A stretch of DNA of 64,000 nucleotides from assembly GCF_009914755.1 (NCBI RefSeq), contig NC_060925.1. One strand, 5' to 3'. Source of the DNA: the human T2T-CHM13v2.0 reference genome, Homo sapiens. The translations under genes were made by a program, and so were the position numbers. A model generated the notes under the pieces. The model made no database searches and was not told the origin of the DNA. It saw only the letters and a list, made by a program, of their open reading frames with translations. Shown here piece after piece: positions 29,801-52,221 of the stretch (positions are counted from its first letter, which is position 1; each line of letters starts with the position of its first letter).

Positions 29801-32002
29801 CCTGGGTAACACTGTAACCTCCAGGGTAGATTGAATAGGAAAAACTTAAGGTTGGTTTCCTGTTTGTTTTTGTTTTTAATTTTCATTCATTTGCTCTTTA
29901 TTCTCCTTTGGGCTTTGCTTGTGTATGTATATATACAAAACCATGATTTTTTTTTTTTAGGTTCTAATGGAAGGTTTTCATTTGGTTCTGTGAATAGTTA
30001 TTTTGTCTCCTATGCATTTCTAGCAGGTCATCATTTGTTCTATTTATCTGGGATCCCTAGGCTACCTTTGTCAGGCCTGCAGGAATTAGCAGCTTTTTAA
30101 CTTTTTGGAGTTTAAACTTCCTAATATGTTAGGTATGTTGAGTATACTTTTGTAAATAGAATTTGAGTCATCTCTCTCTCTCTCTCTAATTTCTCCAAAA
30201 TTTGTAAATGATTTGTGAATGTTCTTAATTCATATCAATGTGTTTGTTTGCATACAGTCAAGCAAGGTTGCTAGGTCTGCTCAGGAGGAGAGAACCCAGA
30301 AATGCAACATGCTGGCAAAAGGGTAAAAATTTCTTACCATTCAGACTCTGGCCTCTCTCTCTCTCTTGTGTGAACTGGTTAAATGAAAGTTGAAAGTCAC
30401 CGTTTACCTCCTCTGTAAAATTTTTATTAATACCAAAAAGAATTCTGAGGCTAATCTTAAGCTGTAGTGAATCTGGTGTGCTTTGTGTATCTTTCTGTAT
30501 TGTTCTGTCATACAGAGGGGTACTTTAGGATGAAATGTGTACCTAGGACCCCATAGGTACCCTATTTAAGACAGCCCAGCAAACTGGTCAGTCATGTCCT
30601 TGGAAGCTTGACCTTATAACCATGTGGCCATGCTTTCTCTTTTCACAATGGTGGCCCAGGTTTATGGTTTAATTCCTGGCTTAGGGAATGAGTCCTTTAT
30701 CATCTGCCTGTCTGTGTATTTATATGTGTTGTATATATAATAGAAAAGAGGTTTAATTAATTGATTTAATAATAAGAGCTTAAAGCAAATATTTTTTCAG
30801 AAAAGTAAAAAGTGTAATGTCTTTTAGTTAGTTCATGTTACTTAAATAATCTTTGGGAAATAAAGACAGTGTTAAAGATTATTGGTAAAATAAAAATATC
30901 TTCAAAATACAAACATTTGGTCTAAATTATGCAGGTCAGATATTAGGTTTGTTAAATGCTTTAAGTTCATATACTACTTCTTTGACTTTTAAAAATTGTT
31001 CAGTTTATTTTGGAGCAATTGATTCTAGATAAGACCAGGGGACATGTGAAATTAGCCATGCCCCCTAGCTATGCAAAGAAGGTTATAAAGAAAAAATATT
31101 TTATATAAGAAAGATCTTGTACGGTAAATTCTTGTCCTAAAGTAAAATAACTGGATGTTTCAAATGGGAGATGTTTAGGACAGCCAGAAAGTCCAAGCAT
31201 GTTATAGATGGTCTGTGTAAGTTGTGAAATCATTTATAAAAGAGAATTTATGCAAGAAATGTTGTACAATTTAAAGGAGATTAGGCCTCCTAAATGCTTC
31301 ATAAAATGCCACTATGACTCTTAACTGTCCACCTTGCCTGCTTTACAGCTAAGTAAGGCCTAGGACACATGGAATTAGATGCTGGAAAGAGATAGACCTT
31401 ATCTGAACTTCTCTCTGGGCCCTAGGCTCCACACCTAGTACATAATTAAAATCCTGAACTTACCAAGGTTTTCACCCAAAGTAAAAGTTGCTAAGAGTTA
31501 ACATTGTAACATTTAATTGAGACTACTGAAGAAACAGTTTTACATGAACAGTGTGTAAGCATAGTGAAATGCGTTTTTGGTAAAAGGTTATAAGAAGACA
31601 TGGGAATATGGATTTTTTTAGCCCAAATGGTTAAAGCATTGTTTTAAGTTAGGATAAAGCTAAAGGTTTGAACAAACTGTAGAAGGTTTGTAAAAAAAAT
31701 AAAATCTCATAAAAAATTCTGTGTGTGAACATATTGGCTAAATTTAAAGGGGTATTTTCCGGTTTTTCCATAAATTAAACATCGAAATAAAAGCACAAAC
31801 AGGGTTTTCTTAAAGCATTGATGTGCTCTTTAACAAAAATTTGCAAAGGGTTATAAAAGATTTATGAGAATCTCACCTTGTGGTCAAACTGATTAAGACT
31901 GGAAAGATTTGCCTATAAAGTTTTATTAAAAATTGGTGCTAACATTAATAGTATACTAATGCTAGGGTAAAATTTAGCTTTCTCTCTTGAACAAGATTTT
32001 CA

Positions 32003-32316
<314 letters not shown>

Positions 32317-34069
32317 AGATAATTAAAGATTTGTGTTAGCCCTTTAAATAAAACTGCTGAAACAAAGCAGGGAAAGACAAGAGACAGATTGTTTGGAAAG
32401 CCTTCCATCTCTCATTGAGTAAAGGCTTTTGCCTTTTAAAAAAATTTTGAGTCATTATTTTGGCTAAATGAATGACTTGTAATCTGGTATTCTATTTCAT
32501 AATATCAAGTGTTTTAAACCTTTAACATATTTGATAGGCTTCCCAAATCAAATTTCAGCTTCAAAGTTGTCTTTTTCTGACTTTTAACTTTGAGATGCTG
32601 CAGAAGGCCCCTGAAGCTTCCAAAAGAGAGGTAAACAGAATTACTTGACCTGTTTAGTTACATGAGAAGCACCATCAAAAATAATTTTTAAAAACGTTTA
32701 ATTTTCTCATTGGGTTTTAGTGAATGATATTAATATATGTTAAAAATTGCATAAGATTTCTAAAATTCTAATATGTCTGATTATATGCTATAAATCATAA
32801 TTATGGATATTATGTTATTGTAAACCACAGAAATAACCAAATTTCCTTGTCAATTGTATTTTTAACTATAATTATTTAAAGTCATTTCTACAGTTAATTA
32901 CTTAATACTGATGCAGTTTCTGAAAATTTCACAAGCACAAAAATCCTAGAATATGGTGTCTTTGAGAAGGTTCATGAAAGGAAGAAAAGAACCCTAAAAA
33001 GCACTCTTGAATACAAGTTTCTAATAACTTTATAATCATATCATTTGAACTGGGTAAGAATTCCTGGAACTTTAATGAAAAGACTGACTGGGTTATAAAG
33101 CTGCTAACCCAAGTAGAACAAAAATTAATTAAATAGCAAGAAAATACTTTGCCAGATTTTCATGCTAAATCAGCTGATACTGAAATTGTTTAGATACACA
33201 ATTTGAATGAACTCCATGGTCTAAGAGTCAAATTACCTATGATAACCCATCAGTTACCAGTGCTATGCACCTAAATTGGAGAAACGACTGGTATTCAATA
33301 GGATATAAGTCTAATGTTAATTAAGCATGGACTCATGAGAGAACCAGGATGGCCACCTTGTCCTTCCTGAGTCCTTAAAGCTTTTATTATTAAAAGTTCT
33401 GCATTCCATCACTCATTATGGAAAAGATAAAATGATACAAATTGAATATATTGGTGTGGTGACTTATAAATTGCTAAAATAGTTTATAACCAATGTTTCA
33501 TCTCATATTCCTGGGAAAACAATCAAAGCTTCAGATACATTTGGTCACTTGATGGACCATTCAAACATTTTATAACGGGATTTTATTCCATTTTTACCTT
33601 CAATGCATGTTTTCTGGTTATATAAGTGCTCTCCCACACAAGAGGGCTGATGTTATAACACTAAGTTATTATGCCACAGTGCATTTTCACCAGGTAAAGA
33701 AAGCTTTTTATGATTCACTGAAGATAATCAACCCTTTCATAATCTAGAACCCAAAAATTTGATCTTCTGAGAACATCAGAGAAAGACTGTCCTTTCCATC
33801 CACATTGCAGCCAAACTTTGGAAACTTGAACTTTAGGTTCATAATCTCAAACTGAGAAGTGTCCCTCTACGCTCTTGGAACTGTACACCCACTGGAACCC
33901 TTAAGGTAAAACTAACCAGGGAAGTCTCTCCTCAGAAGAAGATGGACATTCTTGATGTGAACAGCTTTTCTCAAGATCATGGATCAAGGCTTCTACTATC
34001 ATGAGACACTTATCTATGAATATTTTTTCTTGTTTATGCTTCTATGAACAATAGAAATGAAAAAGAGGT

Positions 34070-34780
34070 CTCTTGTGTGCACTTACGGGGTATATTTTTA
34101 TTTGTGAAGGATTTTGCCGGCAGCCTTATGCATGGATAAACTTATAATCTGATAGAGAAAAGATTAAGGCCCAGTATAGGTCAGAAACTTTAACGGTACA
34201 TATGCTGCTTCATAATCAGTCAGAAACAGAACATTGGTTCACCCCTCTTAACCCACATTATGGGTTAAAGAGAACATTGCCAGGAGGCCTTCACTCTTGT
34301 AGAAGGGCATCATTTGTTAGGACCTTTTTCCATGGTTTGGAGTAAAACAGTCAATGATTAGAATGTATCCCTCATAATAGGCTCTATAGCAGATTCTACT
34401 GTAAAGGCTATGGTTACACAACAGACTTTAAATGTTCTTGTGAAAGTTAAGCTGAATAATAGAACTGGCTAAACAGAAAAGTGTCTGGAGAAAACAGCAG
34501 ATATTATAGAGATTCAGTTGTAGCAGATTAACAAAGAGACTGCTTAGTTAAGCGAGTAGACCCTTTATCTAGCTCATTCTTTGATCTCTGATTTTAGGAG
34601 GTTTGATTTATGGGGACCCTGGGTAAGGAGCATACTATCTCCAAGAGGACAGTCATTATATAGTCATATTATAGTCATAATAATAGTCTCCCTGGCATGC
34701 TGTATTCTCTCAAAGGCTTTAAATGTTTGCATGCAGCCATCTCTAAGATGTCAAATGGTCTCTCTTCAATTGGAATGACA
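34070..34780 (+). pseudogene. Degenerate retroviral env remnant of the MER61 provirus
   Basis: Broken-frame motifs GYIFIC, LKRTLPG (cleavage region), DSTVKAMVTQQ..LNNR (heptad/immunosuppressive region) and a hydrophobic TM-like stretch in ORF 34581-34778. Confidence 0.6.
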
Positions 34781-36524
34781 AGAGCTGAAAGAAATGTGCG
34801 ACCATGAGAACACTGTAACCTATGAATGACATACTGAGACCAGAAACCCAAAATGATGGTAACTGAGAGTAGTGCTAAGGCCCTAAGTTGTGGTCATACT
34901 CTCACTATGTGAGGACCTGACCAAAAAGGGAGAATTTTTTTAAAAAAATTGTGGGAGGCCATTGTTTTGGACTGAGCTCATGCACTAGCCCCAACAGACC
35001 AAACCAAACCAAAATGGAGTTTCTTGTGCTAAGACTTTAAGGAAACACATAGATCCTAGAACAGAACAGGTTTTGTTTTTCTCCTGCAAATCTCTATAAC
35101 AAACATTCCTGACAGCATAGGTATCCACCCGCTGAAATTCCATTAAATCTTTTAACCAAATTCATCTTATCGCACCATCAAGCTTCACATGATCATGCGA
35201 CAAGGGTACCAGCCAGTTCCAGGTGAAGACACCACCCCTGGCCATCAAGGAGTACACTGCCTCCACTAGACAGAGCATGGCGAGAGTTCTGTGATCCCCA
35301 ATAGGTAGGGACTATGCTCCAAGCCAGCATGAAGCAGTTACAGAAGAAAGAGCATCAGACCTGCCACCTCCCATAAAGATTTATGGAGATCACATCTTTC
35401 AGGGGGGAAAAAAGGAAGGCGAATAGGGCCTGGAGACAGGGAACCTAAAGACTTCCTAGAATGAAATCAAATGGAAACACATCAGCTATGACAGGAAATA
35501 TCCTCTTTATTTACGTAGGGCATACACCAAGTAACCAATGGAAATGTCTAGAGGGTATTTAAACCCCAGAAAATTCAGTAACAGGGCTCTTGAGCCCCTG
35601 TGCTCGGGCCCACTCCCACCCTATGGAATGTACTTTCATTTACAATAAATCTCTGTTTTGGTTTCTTTATTCTTTTCTTGCCTTGTTTGTGCATGTGGTC
35701 TAATTCTTTGTCAAGATGTCAAGAACCTGGACACACTCTACCGGTGGCACTTCCTTATAGCTTCTTACTGCTTAAAAGTCACATACTCCTTGTCACTAGG
35801 TTCTAACTTCCCTTAAATGTTTCTACAGATAACATCTTTAAAGAAACCTCAACTTTTCCATTTGAGATATTTTCCAAATTCTGTATTCCAATGGGTCCAC
35901 TGACACCAGCCAGTTTGAAAACCCTCTCCGAGGAACTGACTCAGTGCAAGAATGCAGTTTCTATGTCTTTATGATTTCCTCCCCCATTCCCCAACCAATC
36001 AGTGACCCCACCTCCTTTGTACTCTACCCATCGAAATTATCTTAAAAACTCCAGTTCAAAACCCCTCAGGGTGGCAGATTTGAGGTTTCCTCCCATATCC
36101 TCATTTGGCTGCCCTATGATTATTAAACTCTTTCTCTGCTTCAACCGCTGCTATTTCAGTGTATTGGTATGTTATTGTGCAATGGGTAATCAAACCTGGT
36201 GATCTTATAACAGCTGGTGTAAGTCTTGGAGTTCAAAGGCTAAACAGCCTGGAGTTTGGACGTGCAAGGGCAGAAGAAATGTGTTCCAGCTCCAGGAGAA
36301 AGAGAGAAAGAGGAAATTGTCTTTCCTTTTTTGTTCTATTCAGACCCCCCAACTGATTAGATGGTGCCCACCCACATTGAGAACAGATCTTCCCCACTCA
36401 AACCCCAACTCACTAATCAATCTCCTTGAGAGACACCCTTACATGTGCACCAAAAATAATGCTTTGCCAGTTCTCTAGGTATTCTTTAATCCAGTCAAGT
36501 TGACACCTAAAACTAACCATCACA

Positions 36525-37749
36525 AAGGTCAAAAATTAAAAGTTTATTATATTAAAATTATATATATTTTTAAATTGTCAATAGACAAGTTAAAAATCAC
36601 ATTAAAAATCTCATTTACTCTTTACCTTCAAACGCTTATGTATAAATATAGAAGCATTAATAGTATTCAAAATTCACTAATTCCCAACCACCATAGTAAT
36701 AATTTATTCAGGCAAGAATCAAAGGCAACTAATGAAAATACAATAAAGAATGATATATTCACAAAGCAAATGTATTGCTTCAAAGTATTTCTCCACAAAA
36801 TACTTACCAATTACAAAGAGAGAAATGGTAACTCTACAGTGGGGAATCTTTGTAGATATCATACCAACCTAGTTACCAAATTAACATTTGATAATAATAG
36901 AACCAATTGATATCTTTTGCCTCCTGATTTCACATGCTCAAAAAGAACCTAAAATTATTTTGATGGTATTTCCAAGTATGCATAATCTGAATCTAATCAT
37001 GATAAACATCAGGGAACTCAAATGGAGGGACAATACACACATAGCTATCTTATGTTCTTTAAAAATGTAAAGGTCATAAAAGGGAAAGACTAAGAAATTG
37101 CTCCAGAGTAAAGGAACAGATTAAATGCAACTAGTAAACACAATCAGTCATCCCTTTAAAAAGGATTAATAAAAATTTAAAATATTAGCAATCTGCTTAA
37201 GAAGAGAAAGTGCAAATTGCTAACATGAAGAATGAAAAATTGGACTTAAATCAGAAAAAGACAAAACACTTTACAAAAGAAGATATCCAAAATGGTACTT
37301 AACATCGTTAATCAGCAGGTAGATGCAAATTAAAGCCAGATGAAATACTATTATACATCCCTGAATGGCTATTAAAGAAAAATGAAAAATGCCAAATGTT
37401 GATGAAAAAATAGAACAACAAGAACTCCCATATACTGTCACTGGGAAGATAAATTGATACCGCCACTTTGAAAAACTGGCAGTTTTACTAAACATGGAGA
37501 AATATATACTTGCAAATCAGAAATTTTACTCATAGGCATATAGCCAAAAGAACTATATAAATCACATATTAACCAAAGACATGTAGTGGAATGTTCACAG
37601 AAATTTTTCATAATATTTGTCATTTAAAAAATTCAATGTAGAACAAATAATAAAATTGTCATGTAGTCACATACAGCCAATACTATACTACAGCAATAAT
37701 AATTGATGATCTACAATTACACACACACACAAATGTTGAATGAAAGAAG
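36525..37749 (+). mobile_element. Ancient L1M remnants
   Basis: GATGCAAATTAAAGCCAGATGAAATACTA..AAAACTGGCAGTTT..CATAGGCATATAGCCAAAAGAA. Confidence 0.7.
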
Positions 37750-38594
<845 letters not shown>

Positions 38595-39020
38595 GAAGCT
38601 AGACACAAGAGTATATATACCACATATATATATATATATATATAATTTATACATTTCTATACACAGCTTAAATTGATCTACATTCTTGGAAGTCCAGACA
38701 TTAGTTATATTTGATGAAAGGTGGTAATTGCAAGGGAGGACATGGAGTATTATTAATGCTCTGCTTCTTGATCTGGGTTTTGGTAACACAGGTATGTTTC
38801 ATTAAAAAATTTATTGAGTTATTTACATTTTTTCTGTATGTATATTTTACTTCAATTGAAGTTTTTAAATTATATATTATTTATTTTACCTACCAGATTT
38901 TCAAGATAAAAAAATTTAATAATACACTGGTCTACCAAGGATACAGAAAAATAAGCATCCTTATGCTTGTTGGCATGAGGATAATGTGGTACAACTTTGG
39001 GATAAAGAGTGTTAACATAC

Positions 39021-46279
<7,259 letters not shown>

Positions 46280-48194
46280 GTTTTAGCAAGATTTGTTCAA
46301 AAAAATCCCCTTCAACCCAGTAATCTACTTCTAGGAATTTACCTGAAAATACACCTTGGCAAAATTGTTCCCTAAAAGGATAGTTACCTATGCACTGTTT
46401 GTGAGAGTAAAAATCTGGAAACAACTAAATAGTCCATAAGAAAGAATTTATTGACAAATGAAACTGTCTGTTTTGCTGGTTGTTGTAGGGTACAAGTAGA
46501 AATCAGGTTCGTTCTTTTGCACCAATGACCCTTTAAATACATCCTGTCAACTAGAACTTAGATAAAATCTCAGACAACTCTCAGAGATTTTCTAGTCACT
46601 CTCAAATATTCACATATAGATTCATTCTCCAGGTGTTACAAACTTCCAGACCAGTCCAATATGAAAGCTTTAAGCAATCACTCAGTTTTAAGTTCTCCAA
46701 GGTGAGCTTCTTTCTGAAGTCTACCACATTTGTCTAGAAGAGTAAAACTCCCTCATATTTTCAACTCCAAAAGATATCAATAAGTGGAAACAGTAATATG
46801 CTATGTGTATAGTATGCTAAAATTTGTAAGGAGCAAAAGGAATACATAAGCTTATATATGCATATTCATTACTCAAGAAACAAATCACAGTGATTGTCTC
46901 TGAAGAAAAGAACCAGGTGGCTTATTTTTAAAGTGATGTAATTCTATACCTTCTAAATTTTTATCATGTTTCTCCAGTGCCTATTCAAATAATAATAATA
47001 ATGATGAAATTAAAAGGAGGTCCAAAAAACATTGTCAGGTGGAAACAACATAACACTGTAACCTCATTTTTATAAGCCATATTTGAGTTGGTGATAAACA
47101 GGAATTTGATTTTAGTTTTATGTAGTTTTATGTTTTATAAATTGCTGTATTATTTTAGTTTTTCAACTGTATTTACATTTAATGCTTAAAAGTTCTGTAA
47201 GGATATTAGAAAATAAGTAACCTCTAAGGTCACAGCCCTTGGCTTGCTCTGATCTAATGGAGAAGGAAAAACCACTCCAAGCAAATGGACATATATTTAG
47301 GAGAAACGACACAAAATGTGAATATCCACAGCTGATAATGTGTATAATGTGTATTTGTTAAATAATTTAGTGTAAGGAAGCCTATCTTAGGTTTTAGCCA
47401 ACAGGATTCAGATATCGAATGAGCAAGGGGGCCTGATCATAAACAATAGATGTAGTTATTACATTTTAATTTAATGAGCCTTAGAATGGCTGTGATGAAG
47501 ACTAGAGAAGGGTGATACTTTACAGGAGTCATGGCTTCAGAGTCCTAAAATAGCATTTGTAAAAGGCAAACCCTTGCTCTAACCTGTAGTACTTTAGGAA
47601 ACATTGTCCTTTTACAGCCACATGAGATTCTTTGGCATGACAGCATTTCAAGTCTGCCTCAATTTTTTAACCTAAACTTAACAAAGTCATAAGAAATACC
47701 TTTCTACAGCAGATCACTGCACAAACTTTCCCCAATTCTAGCCCCTCCTACACAGCCCCAAGCAACTCACAACCTATCCCAAAGAGTGTAGGTGTAGGCA
47801 GGACAGGAAAAGAACATAATCAGGAAGACTAGTCAGCACCATTGCATCATTACATCTATCACTCTTAAAGGGTTTTGTTTTTGTTATTGCTTCTCAGAGT
47901 AATATTTTAGCATTATAAATTAATTTTACTTTTTTCTACTATTTTCTAATTCACTATTTTCATGATTAGTACATTATTGCTTCAAAAACTTACAGTCTTT
48001 TGTTTACTAATATATTAATTGTAGATAAATTTCACCTCATTCTTGCTTCTGTATTGTCTGCTTTTAAATTTTTCTTGCTTTAATCAGTTTAGTTCTACTG
48101 ATTATGGCCTCCTTGCTTATTTTAAATCTTCCAGCTCAAACCATGTGTGTAAACAGGCCTATGGGCTGAGTCCTGGCCCTGTCCTGGGGAGTTA

Positions 48195-48300
48195 GATGCT
48201 GGGCACTGTCCTGTGCACTCCAGTATCACAGTGAGCAAGCCAGAGTGGCTCCCACTTCTACAAACTCACAGTCTGGAGGGAGAAAAGAAACTAAATACAG
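48195..48300 (-). mobile_element. L2 fragment
   Basis: GCTGGGCACTGTCCTGTGCACT..ACAGTGAGCAAG..CTCACAGTCTGGAGGG. Confidence 0.6.
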
Positions 48301-48855
48301 AAATCTTCACAAATGCCAAAGATGCAAAACACAAACATCCCTATTTATGGGATATGTAAATGTAGATTGTAAATGAGACATTAAATAAAGTATTGGATGT
48401 TCTAAGAATAAAGTTCCTCTACACAAAGTAGGAGAAAACACAAACAAAATTGAGAGAAAAAGATGTAAGAACGTATACAGAAAAGATCAAAAAGCTATGC
48501 GACTATGCTTTCACATTAATGTACTTAAAATTTAAGTTTTAAAAATTATTGCAAGAAAAACTAAAACGTGACGAAGCGAGTAACCAAAAATTAAATTGGA
48601 AAAGATGTCAAATAATTTTTTTTAAAAAATCTCTGGGGTCCTATGACTGTACAACTGTTAAGTTCTTTTAAACACTTGGAGATGCTGATATCAATACTAA
48701 TAGTGACCAAATGTATTTCAAATGTACAAATATGTGGCTTCTACATAAAGTAAATGACATAACTTCTTCAAGAAACCTAAAGGAAGGTAAGAACATGAAT
48801 GCTACAAAATAAGAATCTATTTTAGTACATGTTCCAAACCCAAGATTTGTTCCAC

Positions 48856-49217
48856 TTTCCCTCCTAGGCATGCTGAAGAAGTGAAACATTCAAACTCTTC
48901 CCCACCAACGTGCTGTGTTTTCTGTTAGAATGAGCATAGACTTTAGCTGTGGTTGATGGTAGCATCATTGTGGTCCTGAGCAGTATTCTTGCTGCAAAAA
49001 AAGGAAGTTATTGGTGCCTTCTCTGAGATCAGCAGCTCAGGAGTGGACCACGGAATCACCTTTTGTGAAAGCACCACCCCTCTTGCCCTCCCACCCCACA
49101 CTCCTAAGACTGGGCTGGCCTGAGTTGACTTGTAACCTCTGGAAAGGATGGGAAGTTGGCTGGCAGTTCTCAGTTATGCTAACGGCTGGGAAGATAAAGG
49201 ATTTTTAATAGGACTGT
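48856..49217 (+). repeat. Inverted repeat, left arm
   Basis: Reverse complement of 50826-51170, about 90% identical in aligned columns by hand alignment. Confidence 0.95.
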
Positions 49218-49733
49218 AGTATATTCAGACTACGGAATATTATCCAGTGCTAAAGAGGAGCTATCAAGCTATGAAAAGGCATGGAAAAACTTAAATGAAT
49301 ACTACTAAATAAAGGAAGCTAATATGAAAAGGCTACATGCTGTATGATTACAACTATATGACATTCTAGATAAAGTAAAACTATGAATACGTAAAAACAT
49401 CAGTGGTTGCCAGGGGTTAAGGGCCAGGGAGGGATGAATAGTCAGAGCACAGAGGATTTTTACAGGGATGAAACTATTTTATATGATACTATAATGATGG
49501 ACACATGTCATTATGACTTTGTGCAAACCCATGGAATGTACAACACCAAGAGTGAACCCTAATGTAAACCATAAACTTTGGGTAATAATGATATGTCAAT
49601 ATAGGTTCATCAATTATAATAAATGTACCACTCTGATGGGAATAAGGAAAGCTATGCCTATGTGGGTGCAGGAGAGCTACAGAAATTCTGTTTCTCCTGC
49701 TCAGTTTTGCTGTGAATCTAAAACTACTATTTA
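49218..49733 (+). mobile_element. L1MC-type 3'UTR fragment
   Basis: GAATGTACAACACCAAGAGTGAACCCTAATGTAAAC..CAGTTTTGCTGTGAATCTAAAACT. Confidence 0.88.
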
Positions 49734-50215
49734 ATTATATTAAATATATATAATTATATATTAATATATATTAATTATATTATATATATTATATAATTAT
49801 ATATTAATATATATTAATTATATTATATATATTATATAATTATATATTAATATATATTAATTATATTATATATATTATATAATTATATATTAATATATAT
49901 TAATTATATTATATATATTATATATTATAATTATATATTATATAATTATAATATATATGTTAATATAATATATATAATTAATATATAATTAAAACTATTT
50001 AATTATATGTATATTATATATAATATGTATTATTTAAATAATAAATATATTATTTATATTTATTTAAATATTTGATACTATTATTTAAATATATAATATA
50101 TTGTTATGTAGTAAGTAAATGTATCTTAATATAATTATATTAAATATAATATAAATTTTAAATATAAACATGCATATTAATATAAATATGTAATATATGT
50201 AAATTATATATATAT
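49731..50215. repeat. AT-rich low-complexity tract with a 43-bp AT-only minisatellite
   Basis: Unit TTAATTATATTATATATATTATATAATTATATATTAATATATA at 49771, 49814, 49857 plus partial copies. Confidence 0.93.
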
Positions 50216-50825
50216 TTGTTAAATGAATCAACCTAAAATAATGCGTCAGACAAAAACTATAAAATTAGTATGCTTACTAACCACAGTTGGTTTACTTTTT
50301 GCCTTTTCAGTATTGCTGCTCCCATCAACAAGGACCAGAGTCTTTACAGGAGCAGATTTGGCCCTGAAATCCAAGTCACAAAATCATGTCCGCAGGACTG
50401 GTCCTCTCTTTTGTATAAATAAGCCCACAGAGCTTTAATTCAATTATCTGTTCAAGTACTCTTGCACATACCAGTTAACATTTTTCTTCTATGTTAATGG
50501 TAGTCCCTGCTAAGTGCCAGTAATTATTTTTTGTCCCCAGATGCAAATTATTATTTTAAATCTAAAAATTCATAAGAACTTGGGACACGAGTGCCCCAAG
50601 AAAACTTTATTTCCTCTAGTTCTGAAGCTCTTTCCTTGGGTCATAGTATTCTTGAATGATTTTACACACACAGGCACACACACACATACACAACACGTGA
50701 TAACCAGCACTTGGGTCATTTCTGCCCTCCTTAGTTTCAGAGGAGGGTAAAGTTGTGAAAGCTGCTTGTTCATTTTCCACATTGGCAGTGCTATTGAAGT
50801 TTATCCTGAAGAAACAAATTGCATC

Positions 50826-51170
50826 ACAGTCCTATCAAAATCCTTTGTCTTCCCTGCCCTTAGCATAACAGAACTGCCAGCCAATTTCCCATGCTTTCCA
50901 GGGGTTACAAGCCAACTCAGGCCAGTCTAGTCTTTGGAATGTGGGGTGGGAGGACAAGAGGGGTGCTCTCACAAAAGGTGATTGCATGGTCCACTCCTGA
51001 GCTGCTGTACTCAGAGAAGGCCCCAATGACTTGCTTTTCTATTCTTGCGGCAAGAATATTGCTCAGGACCACACTGATGCTACAATCTATGCTCATTCTA
51101 ACAGAAAACACAGCAGGTTGGTGGGAAAGAGGTGGAATGTTTCATTTCTTCAGCATGCCTAAGAGGGAAA
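50826..51170 (-). repeat. Inverted repeat, right arm
   Basis: See left arm; ORFs 49011-49208(+) and 50835-51026(-) translate to matching peptides. Confidence 0.95.
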
Positions 51171-51394
51171 ATAGAAAAAAGTCCATCTTATTACTGGAAA
51201 TAAATATTTTGCAAACACACAATAAAACTTACGGGGAGTGAAGCATTAAAATTCTGTGGAGGGAAGAGTCTCCCTTTCCTTGGAAGCAATCCAATCAATG
51301 TGGAATGATGGAAATAAACATGAATTATATTTCCCACCCTGCCTGTCAGCCACAAAATCCTGTGACTTTAGGCAAGGGCAAGGTGACCAGGACT

Positions 51395-51570
51395 TGTGAG
51401 GGCCTATATACACCAGGCAAACTGTGAGGCAGATGCTATGCACATTCCCCAGCATGATAAACTGTGACTCAAAGAAGTTCACTCACCTACCTAACATCAC
51501 GTAGCTAGTGAGTGGTTTAAAAAAAAAAATTCAAATTCAGGCCTATCTACCTTCAAGCCTCTGGTTTTTT
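51395..51570 (-). mobile_element. MIR SINE
   Basis: AAACTGTGACTCAAAGAAGTT..ATCACGTAGCTAGTGAGTGG..ATTCAAATTCAGG. Confidence 0.65.
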
Positions 51571-52221
51571 AGTGCAACGCACTAAACTTAACTTCCCAAG
51601 GCTTCAATCTTCTCACCTAAGCTGTCTTCCACCCCAAAAGTTCTTTGTAAAGAAGATATAATATTATAAATTCTCAGTAAGTAACAGTACTTTTTACAGA
51701 AAATAGAGATTTACATTATTTAAAAATAAATCCTTATTATTCCTCTGAATAAACTGTAAATATCTTTTAATTCCACACTTTTATTTTATCTTAGATGCAA
51801 AAGTATTCATATCACAAAATACAAGTAAATTCTCTCAAGTACTAGGTTTACCCAGAATAGGATTGAAACCAAGATGACAATTTCTTTTTTTGAAATCAAT
51901 GTTAACCACTAGCTTCTTTGCTTGGGACACCCCTATAAAGCATTGTTAACATTCACAGCAGAAATGGAATGGAATTTGGAAAGTCATCCACACTCAGAGA
52001 AAAATGCATCATCAAACCTGTGCAACTATTCTCAGAACTTTCTTAAGTCAAAATTGCATCTTTCTCTGTTTGCATCTTTCTCTGCCACCCTATCTTCCTG
52101 CCATTGTGTTAGCCATTGAATTAGAAAGGTAAATGAAAGTGAAAAGCTTCTATTCACTGTCAGATTTATAATTTTATTCTTTATTTATTCATGTAATAAG
52201 TTTCATGTAAAAATCCTGTCA

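Noticed and set aside
50311-50420. CPQDW peptide resembling the start of a C-type lectin domain
   Set aside because: Stop codon follows within 7 codons; no CY or WIGL motifs
49011-51111. Matching peptides in the two inverted arms, and a faint VIGA..SG resemblance to a dinucleotide-binding (FMO-like) motif
   Set aside because: Similarity follows from the DNA duplication; indels break the frames, and motif spacing does not fit GxGxxG
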